Notes: generated from the letters alone by a model not told the origin. A DNA stretch of 64,000 bases from an uncultured Candidatus Bathyarchaeia archaeon (GCA_964510635.1 CAZEBS010000005.1:32016-96015); one strand, 5' to 3'. Counted from the stretch's first letter, positions 1 to 10,878 are shown. Program-made: numbers and translations.

Positions 1-1469
1 TTTTTTCTGTTCTCCCTCAGGTCTTTGGTTTTTCCAATAAACAAAGGCGAATACAGATTCTTCAATTTGATTTCTTCAGGAAGTAGCCCATATTCCTCTT
101 TCAGGATTTCCACAATTCTGGGCAGACAGAAACCTCCATGACATCGACCCATACCAGCCCTAGTACGATACTTCACAGCAGAGATTGTCCGTGACGAAAA
201 AGGGTTGTTTAGGGCATCTACGACTTCTCGTTTGGATACATGTTCACACCTACACACAATCTCGCCATAATCCGGGTCTTCTTTGATTAAGGCAGCTTGC
301 TCACTTCGTGATGCCTCACTAAAGGGAGTTGTTCGTTTCCTTACGGGATCAAAAGCTGATTTTTCCTTCAAATCCACTTTCCTTATAATCATTTGAACAA
401 CCATTTTTGCTATAGCTGGAGAAGAAGTGAGACCAGGAGATTCCATTCCGACTAGATTAATGAAGTTTTCAGCATCCTCTTGGATGATAAAGTCACGAGA
501 CGTCTTCTCCTCTGGTGGAGTAATCTTATTTCGCACTGAAGAGAAGCCGTAGATGATCTCTTTCAGGGGGATAGAGGGGAGCAACTCCTTTGCGCCCTCA
601 ATTAGTTGTTGGACTTTCTCTTTGGTTGTTCTTGTGTCTTCTCGTTCGTTTATGAATTCGGCGCTGGGTCCAATCAGGACGTTTCCATCTAGTGTGGGCG
701 TAAGATGAACTCCTAGAACCCCTGCAACCTTTGGCGGCACGGGGTAGATCATGCTGTTGATTAGGCTACTGCAGTTCTTGTCGAGAATTAGGTATTCGCC
801 TCGGCACGGATACTGTTTGTAGTTATCTAAGCCGATCATGGCGGAAATTTTGTCTGCGTAGAGTCCTGCACTGTTCACTATGATGTCGGTGTAGAAGATT
901 CCTTGATTGGTTGTCACTTTGTAGCCGCTGCTCTCCTGTTTTATTGCGGTTACCTCAGTGTTGACGTGAATCTTCAAGCCGTTGTTTAGGGCGTTTTCAG
1001 CCAAAGCAATGGTGAAAAGATAAGGTGGAAAGATTCCAGCCACAGGAGAATGCAGGGCATAGAGGGCGTCTATGTTGGGTTCACGTTTTTTCATTTCTTT
1101 TCCAGAGATGATGGTTAATCCTTTGACTCCATTTCCTTCTCCCACAGCCTTTAAGTCCTCTAGGTCTTTGAGTTCCTCGTCTGTTCGGGCAATTACATGT
1201 TTTCCACAGAGTTTGAAGGGCACATCGAGTTGTTTAGCCAATTCTGGGAACATCAGCCTTCCTTCAACACATAGTTTTGCCTTCAAACTCCCTTTCGGGT
1301 AATAAAGTCCTGTGTGAAGGACTCCGCTGTTACCTTTACTGACGCCAGAACAAACGTCGTTCTCCTTTTCCAACAGCACTGTTTCGATTCTGTACTTGGC
1401 TAGTTCTCTTGCGATAGAACAGCCAACCACACCAGCCCCTATTACCAACACTTCGCTTTTTCTGCTCAT
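1..1469 (-). CDS. FAD-dependent oxidoreductase (GlpA / L-2-hydroxyglutarate-oxidase-like) with C-terminal BFD-like [2Fe-2S] domain; 3' end runs off the window
   Basis: Not in the ORF track because it is open to the window edge. My own minus-strand translation from the ATG at 1469 gives MSRKSEVLVIGAGVVGCSIARELAKY (GxGxxG Rossmann). Later comes DPDYGEIVCRCEHVSKREVVDAL...AGMGRCHGGFCLPRIVEIL (CxC...Cx4C, BFD-like). Confidence 0.8.
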   Translation of the reverse strand, partial: MSRKSEVLVIGAGVVGCSIARELAKYRIETVLLEKENDVCSGVSKGNSGVLHTGLYYPKGSLKAKLCVEGRLMFPELAKQLDVPFKLCGKHVIARTDEELKDLEDLKAVGEGNGVKGLTIISGKEMKKREPNIDALYALHSPVAGIFPPYLFTIALAENALNNGLKIHVNTEVTAIKQESSGYKVTTNQGIFYTDIIVNSAGLYADKISAMIGLDNYKQYPCRGEYLILDKNCSSLINSMIYPVPPKVAGVLGVHLTPTLDGNVLIGPSAEFINEREDTRTTKEKVQQLIEGAKELLPSIPLKEIIYGFSSVRNKITPPEEKTSRDFIIQEDAENFINLVGMESPGLTSSPAIAKMVVQMIIRKVDLKEKSAFDPVRKRTTPFSEASRSEQAALIKEDPDYGEIVCRCEHVSKREVVDALNNPFSSRTISAVKYRTRAGMGRCHGGFCLPRIVEILKEEYGLLPEEIKLKNLYSPLFIGKTKDLRENRK

Positions 1470-1810
1470 AGTGAGTTATCTTCCACTCATTAACAGTGAT
1501 AGAAAGAAAAGATTGTGTGTGCTCTAATAAAAATTGTTTTTTTCCTCTATGTTGAGTACGCAGAGGTGATTGGGTGTTTACTTTTCACAATTTGCTGCTT
1601 TGGCATCGTAACGAAAGTTTGTTTTTGTTCAGCCATCTGCAATAGTAAACGGTGACTTGAAACAACGAACAAAGCTCTTGTTAGTTTTGTTTTTGATTCT
1701 GAATGTGAACAACCCATCTTAACAGCAATACAGATTACACTTTCATATGATTTAAATGGAAAACACAGAAAACATCTTTTAAACAGACGTGCACGTGGAA
1801 GCCAACTAAA

Positions 1811-2140
1811 GTGTCTAAGGGACATAATGTGGTTGAAAACAGCAAAGACTGGAACAGTTTCTTTGCCGAAGCCGTAGATGATACGCTGAAACATATTTTC
1901 AAAGAAGCTGGAGCCAGAGTCATCTACGAGTTTTTGGAGAACCACACACGTTTGAAGCTGGAAGAGGTTGCTGATAAACCCCAAGTCTTTTCTGCCAGTT
2001 TGGAGAGGCTCATGGTTTCGGCAGCGCGAGTAATAGAGAAGGTGATTCTCACGAATTTGTACTCTAGAATGGGGTTGAAGTTCAAGGAAAAACCCGGGTA
2101 CGAATTCTCGGATTACATAAAAGAACTGAGGGAGGTATGA
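1811..2140 (+). CDS. small hypothetical protein (109 aa), likely co-transcribed with the downstream histidine kinase
   Basis: ORF track. GTG start. The stop lies 4 nt before the kinase start, and GGAGGT at 2131-2136 serves the next gene. No motif recognised. Confidence 0.5.
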   Translation: MSKGHNVVENSKDWNSFFAEAVDDTLKHIFKEAGARVIYEFLENHTRLKLEEVADKPQVFSASLERLMVSAARVIEKVILTNLYSRMGLKFKEKPGYEFSDYIKELREV

Positions 2141-2144
2141 ATGA

Positions 2145-4751
2145 TTGGGTGCCGTACTCTTGGGAACCTACTTATCACTTCTTTCAATAGTTTTTGCGTT
2201 GTTCTTCTGCTATTTGGTTCAGCGAGAGATAGATAAACGCAAACTAATGTTTCTGCTCGTTTTTGTTTACAGCTTTTTTATACGTATACCAGCTATGATT
2301 CCCGGATTTGAAGACGCCCAGATTCAGAGTACAATAGCTGACTGGGGTCCTCTGCCAGTTATATCAGCTATCTTGATTGTGGTGATCTCCAATCTTTTGA
2401 GGCAGAAAGATTTCAATAAATCATTCAAAATTTTTATCCTCATCTTAGCTACATCTGCAGGTATGATTTTTCTTCCAGTTCCTGTGAGCCCCCATCCCGA
2501 ACTCTTATACCCAGTTATATCTGCGGTCACGATTGTCGCATCAGGTTACTTGATTTGGAGTAGAAGGAAAGTTCCAGACCTCATGTTTTTGCTTGCCATG
2601 ATATGCTTCACTTTAGCTGAAGTTAAGGGCATAGTGGATTCAGGAGTAGAGTTTGTCGTTTTTGCTTATACGTGTGCTTATATGTTCCTAGCTCTCGTTT
2701 TCGTAACCGCTAGAGAAAATGGGGGAAGTGACGTCGCATCTTTCTTTGCTCTTGAAAGAGAACTGGAGAAGACACAGCAAGAGCTTCAAATCTCACAGAA
2801 CCAACTTACGAGGGCTGTGGATAACTTCAAATCTTTAGTGAATGTCATCGCCGAACCTGTGGTGATTGTTGACCATAAGGGTAATTTTTTGGAAATCAAC
2901 GACAAGGTAAACGAAATGACTGGATTCAGCAAAGCAGATTTGATTGGAAAAAACTTTCTGAAAACAGATATTGTCACAGCGAAAAGCAAAGCGATCTTAG
3001 TCAAGAAACTAGCGAAGAGAATGATGGGAAGAAGCATTAAACCTTACGAAATTGAAGCGAAAACAAAAGACGGAAAGAGCATATATCTGGAGGTAAACGC
3101 TCAGAAAATCGAGTATGAAAACAAAAAGGCAGAGTTGGTTGTATTTCACGACATCACTGAAAGAAAAGCGATGGAAAAGAAACGTGAGAAATACGCTGAG
3201 CAGCTAGAGGAAAAAGTGAAAGAACGAACTAAAACTTTGAAAGAAAATGAAGAAAAACTTCGAAGCATATTCAATTCATCTCCAGATGCCATCGCAGTCT
3301 CTGACCTTAAAGGAAACATAATTGAATGCAACAAAGCAACCTTAGATTTCCTTGGGCTTCAAAAAGACGAAATAATCAGCAAAAACGGATTAACGTTCGT
3401 TGCGAAACAAGACCAACAAAAAGTGAAGAACACCATGAAGAAGGTTCTCAAGAATGGCCCACTAATAAGTATAGAATACACTGCCTTGAACAAAGACGGC
3501 AACGAATTTCCAGCAGAATTCTCTGCAAGCGCAATCAAAAACCATTCAGGTAAACCCACAGGTTTTGTGAGTATAATTAAAGACATCACCGAACGCAAGA
3601 GAAAAGAAGATGAATTACACAAAAGTGAAACAGAAAACAAAGCCATCCTGAATGCAATACCTGACTTAATGTGGCAGATAAACAAGGACGGAGTCTTTCT
3701 AGAATTCATATCAGCAAATGACTTCCCCACACTAATTTTACCAGAGCAAATTTTAGGTAAGAACATCCATGACGTGGCGCCGAAATGGTTTGCAGAAAGA
3801 GTCATGCGACACACCAAACGAGCATTCCAAACCAATGAGATACAAATCTTTGAATACCAGCTTCCATTCACATCGGGAAGCGACAAAATGCATGAATATG
3901 AGGCACGACTTGTTGTAGGCGGTAAAGACACAATCCTCGCTATTGTACGGGACATTACCGAACGCAAACGTATGGAGAATAAACTGAGACGCTATTCCGA
4001 GCAGTTAGAAGAGTTGGTGGAGAAGAGAACCAATGCTTTGAAGGAGTCACAGGAGCGGCTTGTCAAATCCGAAAAACTAGCTGCGATTGGACAGGCAGCA
4101 ACAATGGTGGGTCATGACCTCAGGAACCCTTTGCAAGCAATAGAAAACGGAATATACTACATCAACGCTGAACTGTCAAAGCTTCAGGTTTCCCCGAAAA
4201 TCACAGAAACACTCCAAGCCATCCATAACTCAGTTGACTACGCCGACAACATAGTAAAGGATCTGCAGAATTTTGCGTCAAAAAGGGAACCACTATTCAA
4301 AAAAACAGACATCAATACACTAGTCAAAGAAACATTCACACAAATAAAACAGCCAGAAAACGTGGAAACAATAATAAAATTAGATGAATTGCCAAAAATA
4401 CATGCGGATACTGACATGATAAAACGTATTTTTGTGAACCTGGTCACTAATGGGATACAAGCGATGGAAGAGAAAGGAGGAACTATGAAGGTGTCGACCA
4501 GAAAAGCGAATGAATTTATTGAAGTAAAATTTGAAGATACAGGTGTGGGAATAAAAAAGGAGAACCTGAAAAAAATATTCACCCCCTTCTTTACCACAAA
4601 AGCTCAAGGCATGGGCGTGGGCTTGCCAATCTGCAAAAGGTTTATCGACATTCATGAAGGAAGCATTGACGTAGAAAGCAAAGAAGGAAAAGGTTCAATT
4701 TTCACGGTTAACTTACCTATACAGATGAACGGAGGTGTAAAATGTGACTGA
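2145..4751 (+). CDS. membrane-bound sensor histidine kinase with three PAS domains
   Basis: The N-terminal ~200 aa contain several hydrophobic helices. Three PAS-like modules each end in DITERK. The H-box is MVGHDLRNPLQAI. HATPase_c motifs are NLVTNGIQAM, DTGVGI and GMGVGLPICK. Confidence 0.9.
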   Translation: MGAVLLGTYLSLLSIVFALFFCYLVQREIDKRKLMFLLVFVYSFFIRIPAMIPGFEDAQIQSTIADWGPLPVISAILIVVISNLLRQKDFNKSFKIFILILATSAGMIFLPVPVSPHPELLYPVISAVTIVASGYLIWSRRKVPDLMFLLAMICFTLAEVKGIVDSGVEFVVFAYTCAYMFLALVFVTARENGGSDVASFFALERELEKTQQELQISQNQLTRAVDNFKSLVNVIAEPVVIVDHKGNFLEINDKVNEMTGFSKADLIGKNFLKTDIVTAKSKAILVKKLAKRMMGRSIKPYEIEAKTKDGKSIYLEVNAQKIEYENKKAELVVFHDITERKAMEKKREKYAEQLEEKVKERTKTLKENEEKLRSIFNSSPDAIAVSDLKGNIIECNKATLDFLGLQKDEIISKNGLTFVAKQDQQKVKNTMKKVLKNGPLISIEYTALNKDGNEFPAEFSASAIKNHSGKPTGFVSIIKDITERKRKEDELHKSETENKAILNAIPDLMWQINKDGVFLEFISANDFPTLILPEQILGKNIHDVAPKWFAERVMRHTKRAFQTNEIQIFEYQLPFTSGSDKMHEYEARLVVGGKDTILAIVRDITERKRMENKLRRYSEQLEELVEKRTNALKESQERLVKSEKLAAIGQAATMVGHDLRNPLQAIENGIYYINAELSKLQVSPKITETLQAIHNSVDYADNIVKDLQNFASKREPLFKKTDINTLVKETFTQIKQPENVETIIKLDELPKIHADTDMIKRIFVNLVTNGIQAMEEKGGTMKVSTRKANEFIEVKFEDTGVGIKKENLKKIFTPFFTTKAQGMGVGLPICKRFIDIHEGSIDVESKEGKGSIFTVNLPIQMNGGVKCD

Positions 4752-5199
4752 AAACAAACCAAGAATCCTCATTGTTGAAGACGACGAAAACATACGAAAA
4801 ACCATGCAGAACATACTTCAGCAGAAAGGATATGAAACTGATACAGCTAAAACCGGACTAGAAGCAGAACACAAAGCAAAGGATAGAATCTACAACTTGG
4901 CCCTGTTAGACATCAAGCTGCCAGACATGGAGGGAACACAACTCCTAGCAAAACTACAAGAAAGCTCACCAAAGATGATGAAGATAATGGTCACAGGCTA
5001 CCCTAGTCTCGAGAATGCCATGGAAGCCCTGAACCAAGGAGCAGACGCCTACGTAACAAAACCCGTTAAACCTGCGAAACTTCTGGAACTCATAAAGGAA
5101 AAACTGGAAGAACAAAACCAAGCTGAGAAGATGACAGAAAACAAAGTTACAGATTGGATAAAAACAAGGGCACGCGAACTGGAAGATAATAATAGCTAG
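4744..5199 (+). CDS. single-domain response regulator (CheY-like receiver)
   Basis: RILIVEDDENIRK...LALLDIKLPDMEGTQLL...MVTGY...KP is a receiver signature. The GTG start overlaps the kinase stop. Confidence 0.9.
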   Translation: MTENKPRILIVEDDENIRKTMQNILQQKGYETDTAKTGLEAEHKAKDRIYNLALLDIKLPDMEGTQLLAKLQESSPKMMKIMVTGYPSLENAMEALNQGADAYVTKPVKPAKLLELIKEKLEEQNQAEKMTENKVTDWIKTRARELEDNNS

Positions 5200-5342
5200 G
5201 AAAAGGTTTTATTTTCTTTAGTCAACATTTTTGAAAGGAGTCAGTAGAACGGGATAGCGCTTTTACACTATCCGAGGCTAGTTTGCTCTTTCACTGACCA
5301 GCTAGGTCTCGGAAACCCGTTTGAATGTAGAGGAGATGGAGA

Positions 5343-5861
5343 ATGAGTTACGAGAGGAAGTGGAAACTGTTGGCTGACCTGCTGACAGAAGTTCAAGAAA
5401 GGGGGGAGAAGATTCCGGCAGATGTGCTAAATGACCTGCGCTCCGCCAAGACCATGATCCAAGTCTTGAAAGCTGACCCAACGCACATAGAAAGCATTTC
5501 TCGAATTGACACATACCTGAGAACTGTCGAATCGTACACCATCTTCACTATGGAGAAACAAGGGAAAGAAAACGTGGAAGAGTGGCTGAAAAAACTCAAA
5601 GAACCAGAAAGAGTGGAGAACAACGAAAAAGGGAAAACGACTAGCAGATTTGTCACCAGAGTTCCCCGAAACAAGAATTGGATGCGAATCCAGATTTCAG
5701 AAGACATACATAGAGAGGAAATGAAAAAACTTGCAAAAGAGAACGGGCTGTCTTACAGACTAGAGAAAAACGGGTACATCATTGTTTACGGCGACAAGGA
5801 AAACATAAAATCTCTTGTCAAAAGGCTGGCGGAGCAGTTTCGCGGCGCCAGAAATGGCTGA
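5343..5861 (+). CDS. hypothetical protein (172 aa)
   Basis: Clean ORF with GGAG upstream of the ATG. No motif I can name with confidence. Confidence 0.5.
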   Translation: MSYERKWKLLADLLTEVQERGEKIPADVLNDLRSAKTMIQVLKADPTHIESISRIDTYLRTVESYTIFTMEKQGKENVEEWLKKLKEPERVENNEKGKTTSRFVTRVPRNKNWMRIQISEDIHREEMKKLAKENGLSYRLEKNGYIIVYGDKENIKSLVKRLAEQFRGARNG

Positions 5862-6002
5862 GAACAGCCTCAAAACTTTTGTACTAGTTAGTTTAATCCT
5901 CTAGTGTAAACACAGTTTATTTATAGAAGATAATATAGAGAAGTTGTGAAACACACGGGAGATTCCCGGCTATGTAAAACACCGAGGACGAATTAGAAAA
6001 AG

Positions 6003-9000
6003 ATGCCTTACATTAAGAAGATAGAACTCAAAGGCTTCAAGTCCTTCGGCAACAAAACCGCCACCGTTACGTTAGATAAAGGCTTCACCGCCGTCACTGG
6101 ACCGAACGGAAGCGGAAAAACAAACATAGCAGATGCGGTCCTCTTCGGATTAGGCGAACTCAGTGCCAGAAGAATGCGCGCGGCAAGCCTCTCCAAACTA
6201 GTTTATCACGGTTATCCCGAATTACAGGTTAAAAAAGCGAAGACTGCAAAAGTTGTCCTCCAGTTTGACAACTCTGATAGCCGCTTGCCCGTGGAAACGA
6301 AGACAGTTACGATTTCCCGTGAAATGAACAGGACAGGTCAAAGTACCTATCGTCTTAATGGAAGAAGAATTTCAAGAAGCCACATTCTTAACATTCTTTC
6401 TATGGCAGGAATCAGCCCAACGGGACACAACGTTGTTTTGCAGGGAACAATAACGCGAATTGCTGAGATTTCTGCGCCTGACCGCAGAAGAATGATATCG
6501 GATTTGGTTGGAATAGCTCAGTATGATGCTGAAAAGGCTGAGGCAGAAGAGAAACTTCGGGCGGCTGAGATTTCTATCCGCACAGCCATGGGCAGAATAG
6601 ATGAGGTGCAAAAGAGAGTAGATGACTTGGAAAGAGAACGTAACGAGCTGCTTCGTTACATGTTTCTTCAGAAAGAGATCAAACGGTTTGAGGCCACGAA
6701 AATTTTTGGGGAGATAATGGAAGCCCAGAGGAAGAAAGCTGATGTGACTTCAAAAATTGAGGCGGTTCGGAGCAAGGTTGAGAAGTCGAGGCAGCTGAGG
6801 GAGGAACTTAGGACTCAGCGGCATGAAGCGGAAACAGAGTGGCGAAAACTTGGCTCAGAAATGATTGAAGAGCGGGGAACGCGTCTTCTTGAGGTTCAAT
6901 ACAAGATAGGGGAAGTCAAGTCGAAGATAAGTGAGCTGACGACTAAGATTGGAGCTGGAACCGCAAGCCTTGATGGGCTCAGAAAGGTGATGGAGAACAG
7001 CATACAAAAACTGGAAGCTATTAAAAACGAGGTCAGAGACAATCGAAAGGAGGTTCGAAGATCAAAACGCGAACAAGAGCGTCTCCTCACGGAAATTGCC
7101 CAGAAACAGGCAGAATACGATAAAGTCTCAGACGAGGCAGCTCAACTGCGGTCCAGTTTGGGAGAAAACAGCAAAAAAATCAGAGAGGCTGAGGAGAAGC
7201 TGGAAAAGCGTACCCAAGAACTAGTTAATCTTCGCAGCAAGGCTATCAAGAGCCGAACATCATTGAATGTTCTTACGCGGCAACGAAACGAACTTGTAAA
7301 ACGAAAGGAGAACTTCGAATCCAATCTCACTGCCCTCAAAAAATCCTATGCAGACCTCAAGACGGTGCAAAAAGATCAGATGAATCGTTCCAAAAATCTG
7401 GAAAAATCAATAGAGAGAAGACTTGCACAAGAAGAAGCTGTGAAGTTAGAGATTGCCCAAGCTGAGAAGATCGCGAAATCCGCACGAGAGGCAGTAGTCG
7501 AATTCGCCACTCAAAGGGAAATGGCTGAAAAAGTTGCAACTGAGGAAACGGCGCTCAGGAACATCGAAGAGTTGGCGGATTTGGGTGTAATTACAGGGGT
7601 TCATGGGCGCCTCAAGGATTTGATTAAAATCGAGAGGGGCTACAGGAAAGCTGTGGAAGCGACGGCAGCTGGTTGGCTTGATGCCATGGTTGTTCAGAAC
7701 TTTGATGCAGCGTTTATGTGCGCTGAGACTCTGAAGCGCATGAAGTTGGGTAGAATCAAGATAATTCCGCTTGAAGAAATGTCCACAATCAATTCTATCA
7801 GCACCCCGGCGATTAGGGGAGTGAACGGCACCGCCTCAAATTTCGTCAAATGCAGCAAAAAATTTGATCCTGCAGTAAGTTTTGTTTTCGGGGACACACT
7901 TGTAACAAAAGATGACAAAACTGCTTTTGCCGCTTCCCGGAATGGCCACCGCACAGTCACCCTTAACGGAGACCTTTATGAGGCGCAGGGAGGCTTCGAA
8001 AGTGGCTATTACCGAGCCCCAGTTGACTACTCTTCAATAATTCCCAGCGAGACAGCTGTAAAGAGTCTTGATGAAGCTGTGGGAGCTCTTCATAGGCATT
8101 TGTCAAAAAGGGAGAACGACATAAGCGGTTTCCAAGAAGAAATTGAAGGAATCAGGGTGGAGATCGCCAGCTTAGCTGAAACCATCGGAACGCTTGGAAG
8201 TGAGATTGGAAGAGTACGCCAGAATGTTAAGCACACGAGAAAGAACATCAAACGCATCGAGAAGCATGTATCAAAAATCAACGAAAAAAGAGAAGAAGAG
8301 AAGACCCAGCTAGGGAATCTGAGGGCACAACGTAACGAACTAAAAAATGAAATGCAAAAGCTCCGCGAGGAAATAGCTGAATTACGTCTAAAAACGGACC
8401 CGGCAAGGATTCAGGAGATGGAGATTCAACGCGAGAAAACAGGGAACGAAGTCATTGAGATGCGTCAGATAATGGGTAACATTGAAACAAACCTTGCCAC
8501 TCTTCAATCTACCTTTGGAAACGTCCTCAAAATAGGCGCAGACAACATTAGAATCCAGCTGCGAAAGATGAAATCCCAGATCGCAACGGTTGAGAAGGAA
8601 GTGGATGCAGCCATCAAAGAAAAAGTGGCATTTGAAGAGAAGCTTCTGGAACTGGGAAACACCAAAGAAGAGCTTTCTCGAACAGTTCTAAACGCAAAAC
8701 AGGAATCCCAAAAATTCACTGTCCAAATCGACGACATTGACAAAAAGCTGCAAAGATTGGATGCCGTATATGAACGTTCAGATAGACTCTACAATGAGCT
8801 GCAATTCACTCTTCAAACATGCGAAATGAAACTGGAACAGCACTCTCAGCGACTGCAGGAACTTGGCTATGATGAGCCGATGCAGATTTCGCCTGAACAG
8901 ATAGAGACCGCTGAGACATCTCTTAGGCTTCTGCGTCTTGAGTTGAATCGCCTTGGCGCTGTGAATCAGTTGTCGCTGGATCACTACTCTGAGCAGGCGT

Positions 9001-9551
9001 CACGATACAAGGAACTGTCCATACGCATGAATGAACTTGAAAAAGAAAAACAGTCTATCCTCGCGTTCATGGATGAAATTGAAAGGAAAAAACGGGCAGT
9101 TTTCATGGAAGCTTACAACAAGATTAACGAGAGCTTCAGCACATACTTCACAAAGTTAACAGGCGGAGGCGAAGCTTCGCTGATGCTGGAAAATCCCGAA
9201 AACCCCTTCGCTGGAGGAATGGATATGAATGTCCAGTTTAGAAACAAAGCAGCTATACTCGTAAACGGAGCCAGCAGCGGCGAAAGGTCAGTGTCTGCTG
9301 TCGCATTCATTTTTGCCCTGCAAGATTTCATGCCCACAGCCTTCTACCTTTTCGATGAAATTGACGCTCACCTTGACCCATTCCATGTATCCAGGTTGGG
9401 AGACCTTCTTTCTGAGATATCCGCAGAGTCCCAGTTTGTGGTTATCACGTTGAAGCCAGAGATGGTCAGCAAGGCAAAGAAGGTGTGGGGAATCTACGAA
9501 CGCAGTGGATACTCTCACGTTGTTTCAGCCAAAATTAAGGAGGCAGCCTAA
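6003..9551 (+). CDS. smc: chromosome segregation protein SMC
   Basis: Walker A GPNGSGKTN at the N-terminus. Long coiled coils flank a hinge (GVHGRLKDLI...). The C-terminus has the signature SGGERSV and Walker B LFDEIDAHLD. Length 1182 aa. Confidence 0.95.
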   Translation: MPYIKKIELKGFKSFGNKTATVTLDKGFTAVTGPNGSGKTNIADAVLFGLGELSARRMRAASLSKLVYHGYPELQVKKAKTAKVVLQFDNSDSRLPVETKTVTISREMNRTGQSTYRLNGRRISRSHILNILSMAGISPTGHNVVLQGTITRIAEISAPDRRRMISDLVGIAQYDAEKAEAEEKLRAAEISIRTAMGRIDEVQKRVDDLERERNELLRYMFLQKEIKRFEATKIFGEIMEAQRKKADVTSKIEAVRSKVEKSRQLREELRTQRHEAETEWRKLGSEMIEERGTRLLEVQYKIGEVKSKISELTTKIGAGTASLDGLRKVMENSIQKLEAIKNEVRDNRKEVRRSKREQERLLTEIAQKQAEYDKVSDEAAQLRSSLGENSKKIREAEEKLEKRTQELVNLRSKAIKSRTSLNVLTRQRNELVKRKENFESNLTALKKSYADLKTVQKDQMNRSKNLEKSIERRLAQEEAVKLEIAQAEKIAKSAREAVVEFATQREMAEKVATEETALRNIEELADLGVITGVHGRLKDLIKIERGYRKAVEATAAGWLDAMVVQNFDAAFMCAETLKRMKLGRIKIIPLEEMSTINSISTPAIRGVNGTASNFVKCSKKFDPAVSFVFGDTLVTKDDKTAFAASRNGHRTVTLNGDLYEAQGGFESGYYRAPVDYSSIIPSETAVKSLDEAVGALHRHLSKRENDISGFQEEIEGIRVEIASLAETIGTLGSEIGRVRQNVKHTRKNIKRIEKHVSKINEKREEEKTQLGNLRAQRNELKNEMQKLREEIAELRLKTDPARIQEMEIQREKTGNEVIEMRQIMGNIETNLATLQSTFGNVLKIGADNIRIQLRKMKSQIATVEKEVDAAIKEKVAFEEKLLELGNTKEELSRTVLNAKQESQKFTVQIDDIDKKLQRLDAVYERSDRLYNELQFTLQTCEMKLEQHSQRLQELGYDEPMQISPEQIETAETSLRLLRLELNRLGAVNQLSLDHYSEQASRYKELSIRMNELEKEKQSILAFMDEIERKKRAVFMEAYNKINESFSTYFTKLTGGGEASLMLENPENPFAGGMDMNVQFRNKAAILVNGASSGERSVSAVAFIFALQDFMPTAFYLFDEIDAHLDPFHVSRLGDLLSEISAESQFVVITLKPEMVSKAKKVWGIYERSGYSHVVSAKIKEAA

Positions 9552-10243
9552 TGCCACAATCTATGGAGAAACCTTACTATTTCCAGCCCCCCTTGAGTAT
9601 ACTGTTTGAGATTCACAGATTAGAGAAGGTTATGCCTTGGGACGTCAACATTGCCTATCTGCTAAAAACTTTCTTGACCGAGATGGAGGACAGGGGAGAA
9701 ATAGATTTCAGAGCTTCAGGTGTGGCGTTAGATTCATCCACCACCATCTACCTGATGAAAACCAAGCTCCTGCTAAAACTTGAGGAGCCTCCACCACCAC
9801 CCAAAAGCGCACCAGATTTCATCCCTCCACCCATGTTCCTTCCCCTCCGCTACGAATTATCTTCAACAACTTTAGAAAACCTGCTAGATGTGCTGGATGA
9901 GGTTCTGAAAGGCGAAACCGTGCGCCCTCCACCAATGCCTCAACCAATCTTACCCACCCCCGAGGTTCTCCCTCCAGTTGACCTCTACCTGCTTGAAATC
10001 GACAAACACATGAAAATCATTTACGCCCAGCTCCTCCAACTTGCAAGAGAAGGGGAACTGATAGCATTCTCCAAGCTTGTTGCTGGACTAGAAAAAATTG
10101 AGGCAGTCAAAACATTCATTATTCTCCTGTTTCTTGCCCAGAGGGGAAAGATAGGGTTGTGGCAGGAGGAAGAAATAGAAGAACTGTACATAACCGTCAC
10201 AGGAGACCCTACCTTTGAAGGAAAGCGAACAGAATTCATCTGA
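9551..10243 (+). CDS. scpA: segregation and condensation protein A (kleisin ScpA)
   Basis: The start overlaps the smc stop (TAATG). N-terminal PLSILFEIHRLEKV...DVNIAYLL, a proline-rich linker, and a C-terminal winged-helix-like AVKTFIILLFLAQRGKIGLWQEE. Confidence 0.85.
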   Translation: MPQSMEKPYYFQPPLSILFEIHRLEKVMPWDVNIAYLLKTFLTEMEDRGEIDFRASGVALDSSTTIYLMKTKLLLKLEEPPPPPKSAPDFIPPPMFLPLRYELSSTTLENLLDVLDEVLKGETVRPPPMPQPILPTPEVLPPVDLYLLEIDKHMKIIYAQLLQLAREGELIAFSKLVAGLEKIEAVKTFIILLFLAQRGKIGLWQEEEIEELYITVTGDPTFEGKRTEFI

Positions 10244-10811
10244 CGAACTTAAACATGAGAAGCTGAAACATAAATTAGCCTTACTTGAGGCAGGGCTCTA
10301 CGTGGCAGGGCGCCCCCTTGACCTGAAGACATTAGCAAATGTAGCTGGAACCCGTTCTAAAAAAAAGGTTATAAAACTCGCTAGAGCTTTAGTGGTGAAT
10401 TATAGGAACCGTGACACAGCCCTTGAGGTCCTTGAACTTGAAGGGGAGCGATTTGTCATGCAACTGAAAGCTGAGTACACGGGCAAGGTTAGGAAGTTAG
10501 CCACAAGACCGCTTCTTTCTGCAGGTCCACTGAAAACCTTATCGTATATTGCGTTTAGGCAGCCGATTCTTCAGACGCAAGTGATCGATGTTAGAGGGCA
10601 CCATTCCTACGGTCACCTTAAGCAACTGGAGGATATGGAGCTAATTTTTCGGGAAGGCGTGGGAAGAAAAAAGATGATACGAACAACAGAGTTTTTCGCT
10701 GACTTCTTTGGTTTAAGCCATGACCTGCGAACCATGAAACGGCAACTCAAAACCGTGTTCCAAGACATCGCCAAGCCAGAAACAGAAGAAAAGACCAAGG
10801 CAGAGGAATAA
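10215..10811 (+). CDS. scpB: segregation and condensation protein B (ScpB)
   Basis: LLEAGLYVAGRPLDLKTLANVAG and LSYIAFRQPILQTQV...GHHSYGHLKQLEDMELI are tandem wHTH motifs typical of ScpB. TTG start overlaps the scpA 3' end. Confidence 0.85.
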   Translation: MKESEQNSSDELKHEKLKHKLALLEAGLYVAGRPLDLKTLANVAGTRSKKKVIKLARALVVNYRNRDTALEVLELEGERFVMQLKAEYTGKVRKLATRPLLSAGPLKTLSYIAFRQPILQTQVIDVRGHHSYGHLKQLEDMELIFREGVGRKKMIRTTEFFADFFGLSHDLRTMKRQLKTVFQDIAKPETEEKTKAEE

Positions 10812-10878
10812 ACTGTAAAGATAAGCTTATATGTCAAGTTTTGCTAGTCTCATCGATACCTATTGAGATGATGTAAGC

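Noticed and set aside
1547-1984. 145-aa and 62-aa minus-strand ORFs in the spacer upstream of the kinase operon
   Set aside because: They overlap the 109-aa plus-strand ORF, have no RBS or motif, and lie in a likely promoter region.
3359-3967. 202-aa minus-strand ORF, plus other antisense ORFs inside the kinase gene
   Set aside because: They lie entirely inside a kinase gene with strong PAS, HisKA and HATPase motifs. They have no motifs and are typical shadow ORFs.
3150-3975. Recurring GACATCAC(C/T)GAA(A/C)G(A/C)AA (DITERK) DNA motif, three copies
   Set aside because: It is explained by the conserved PAS-domain C-terminal linker of the kinase, not by an independent DNA repeat.
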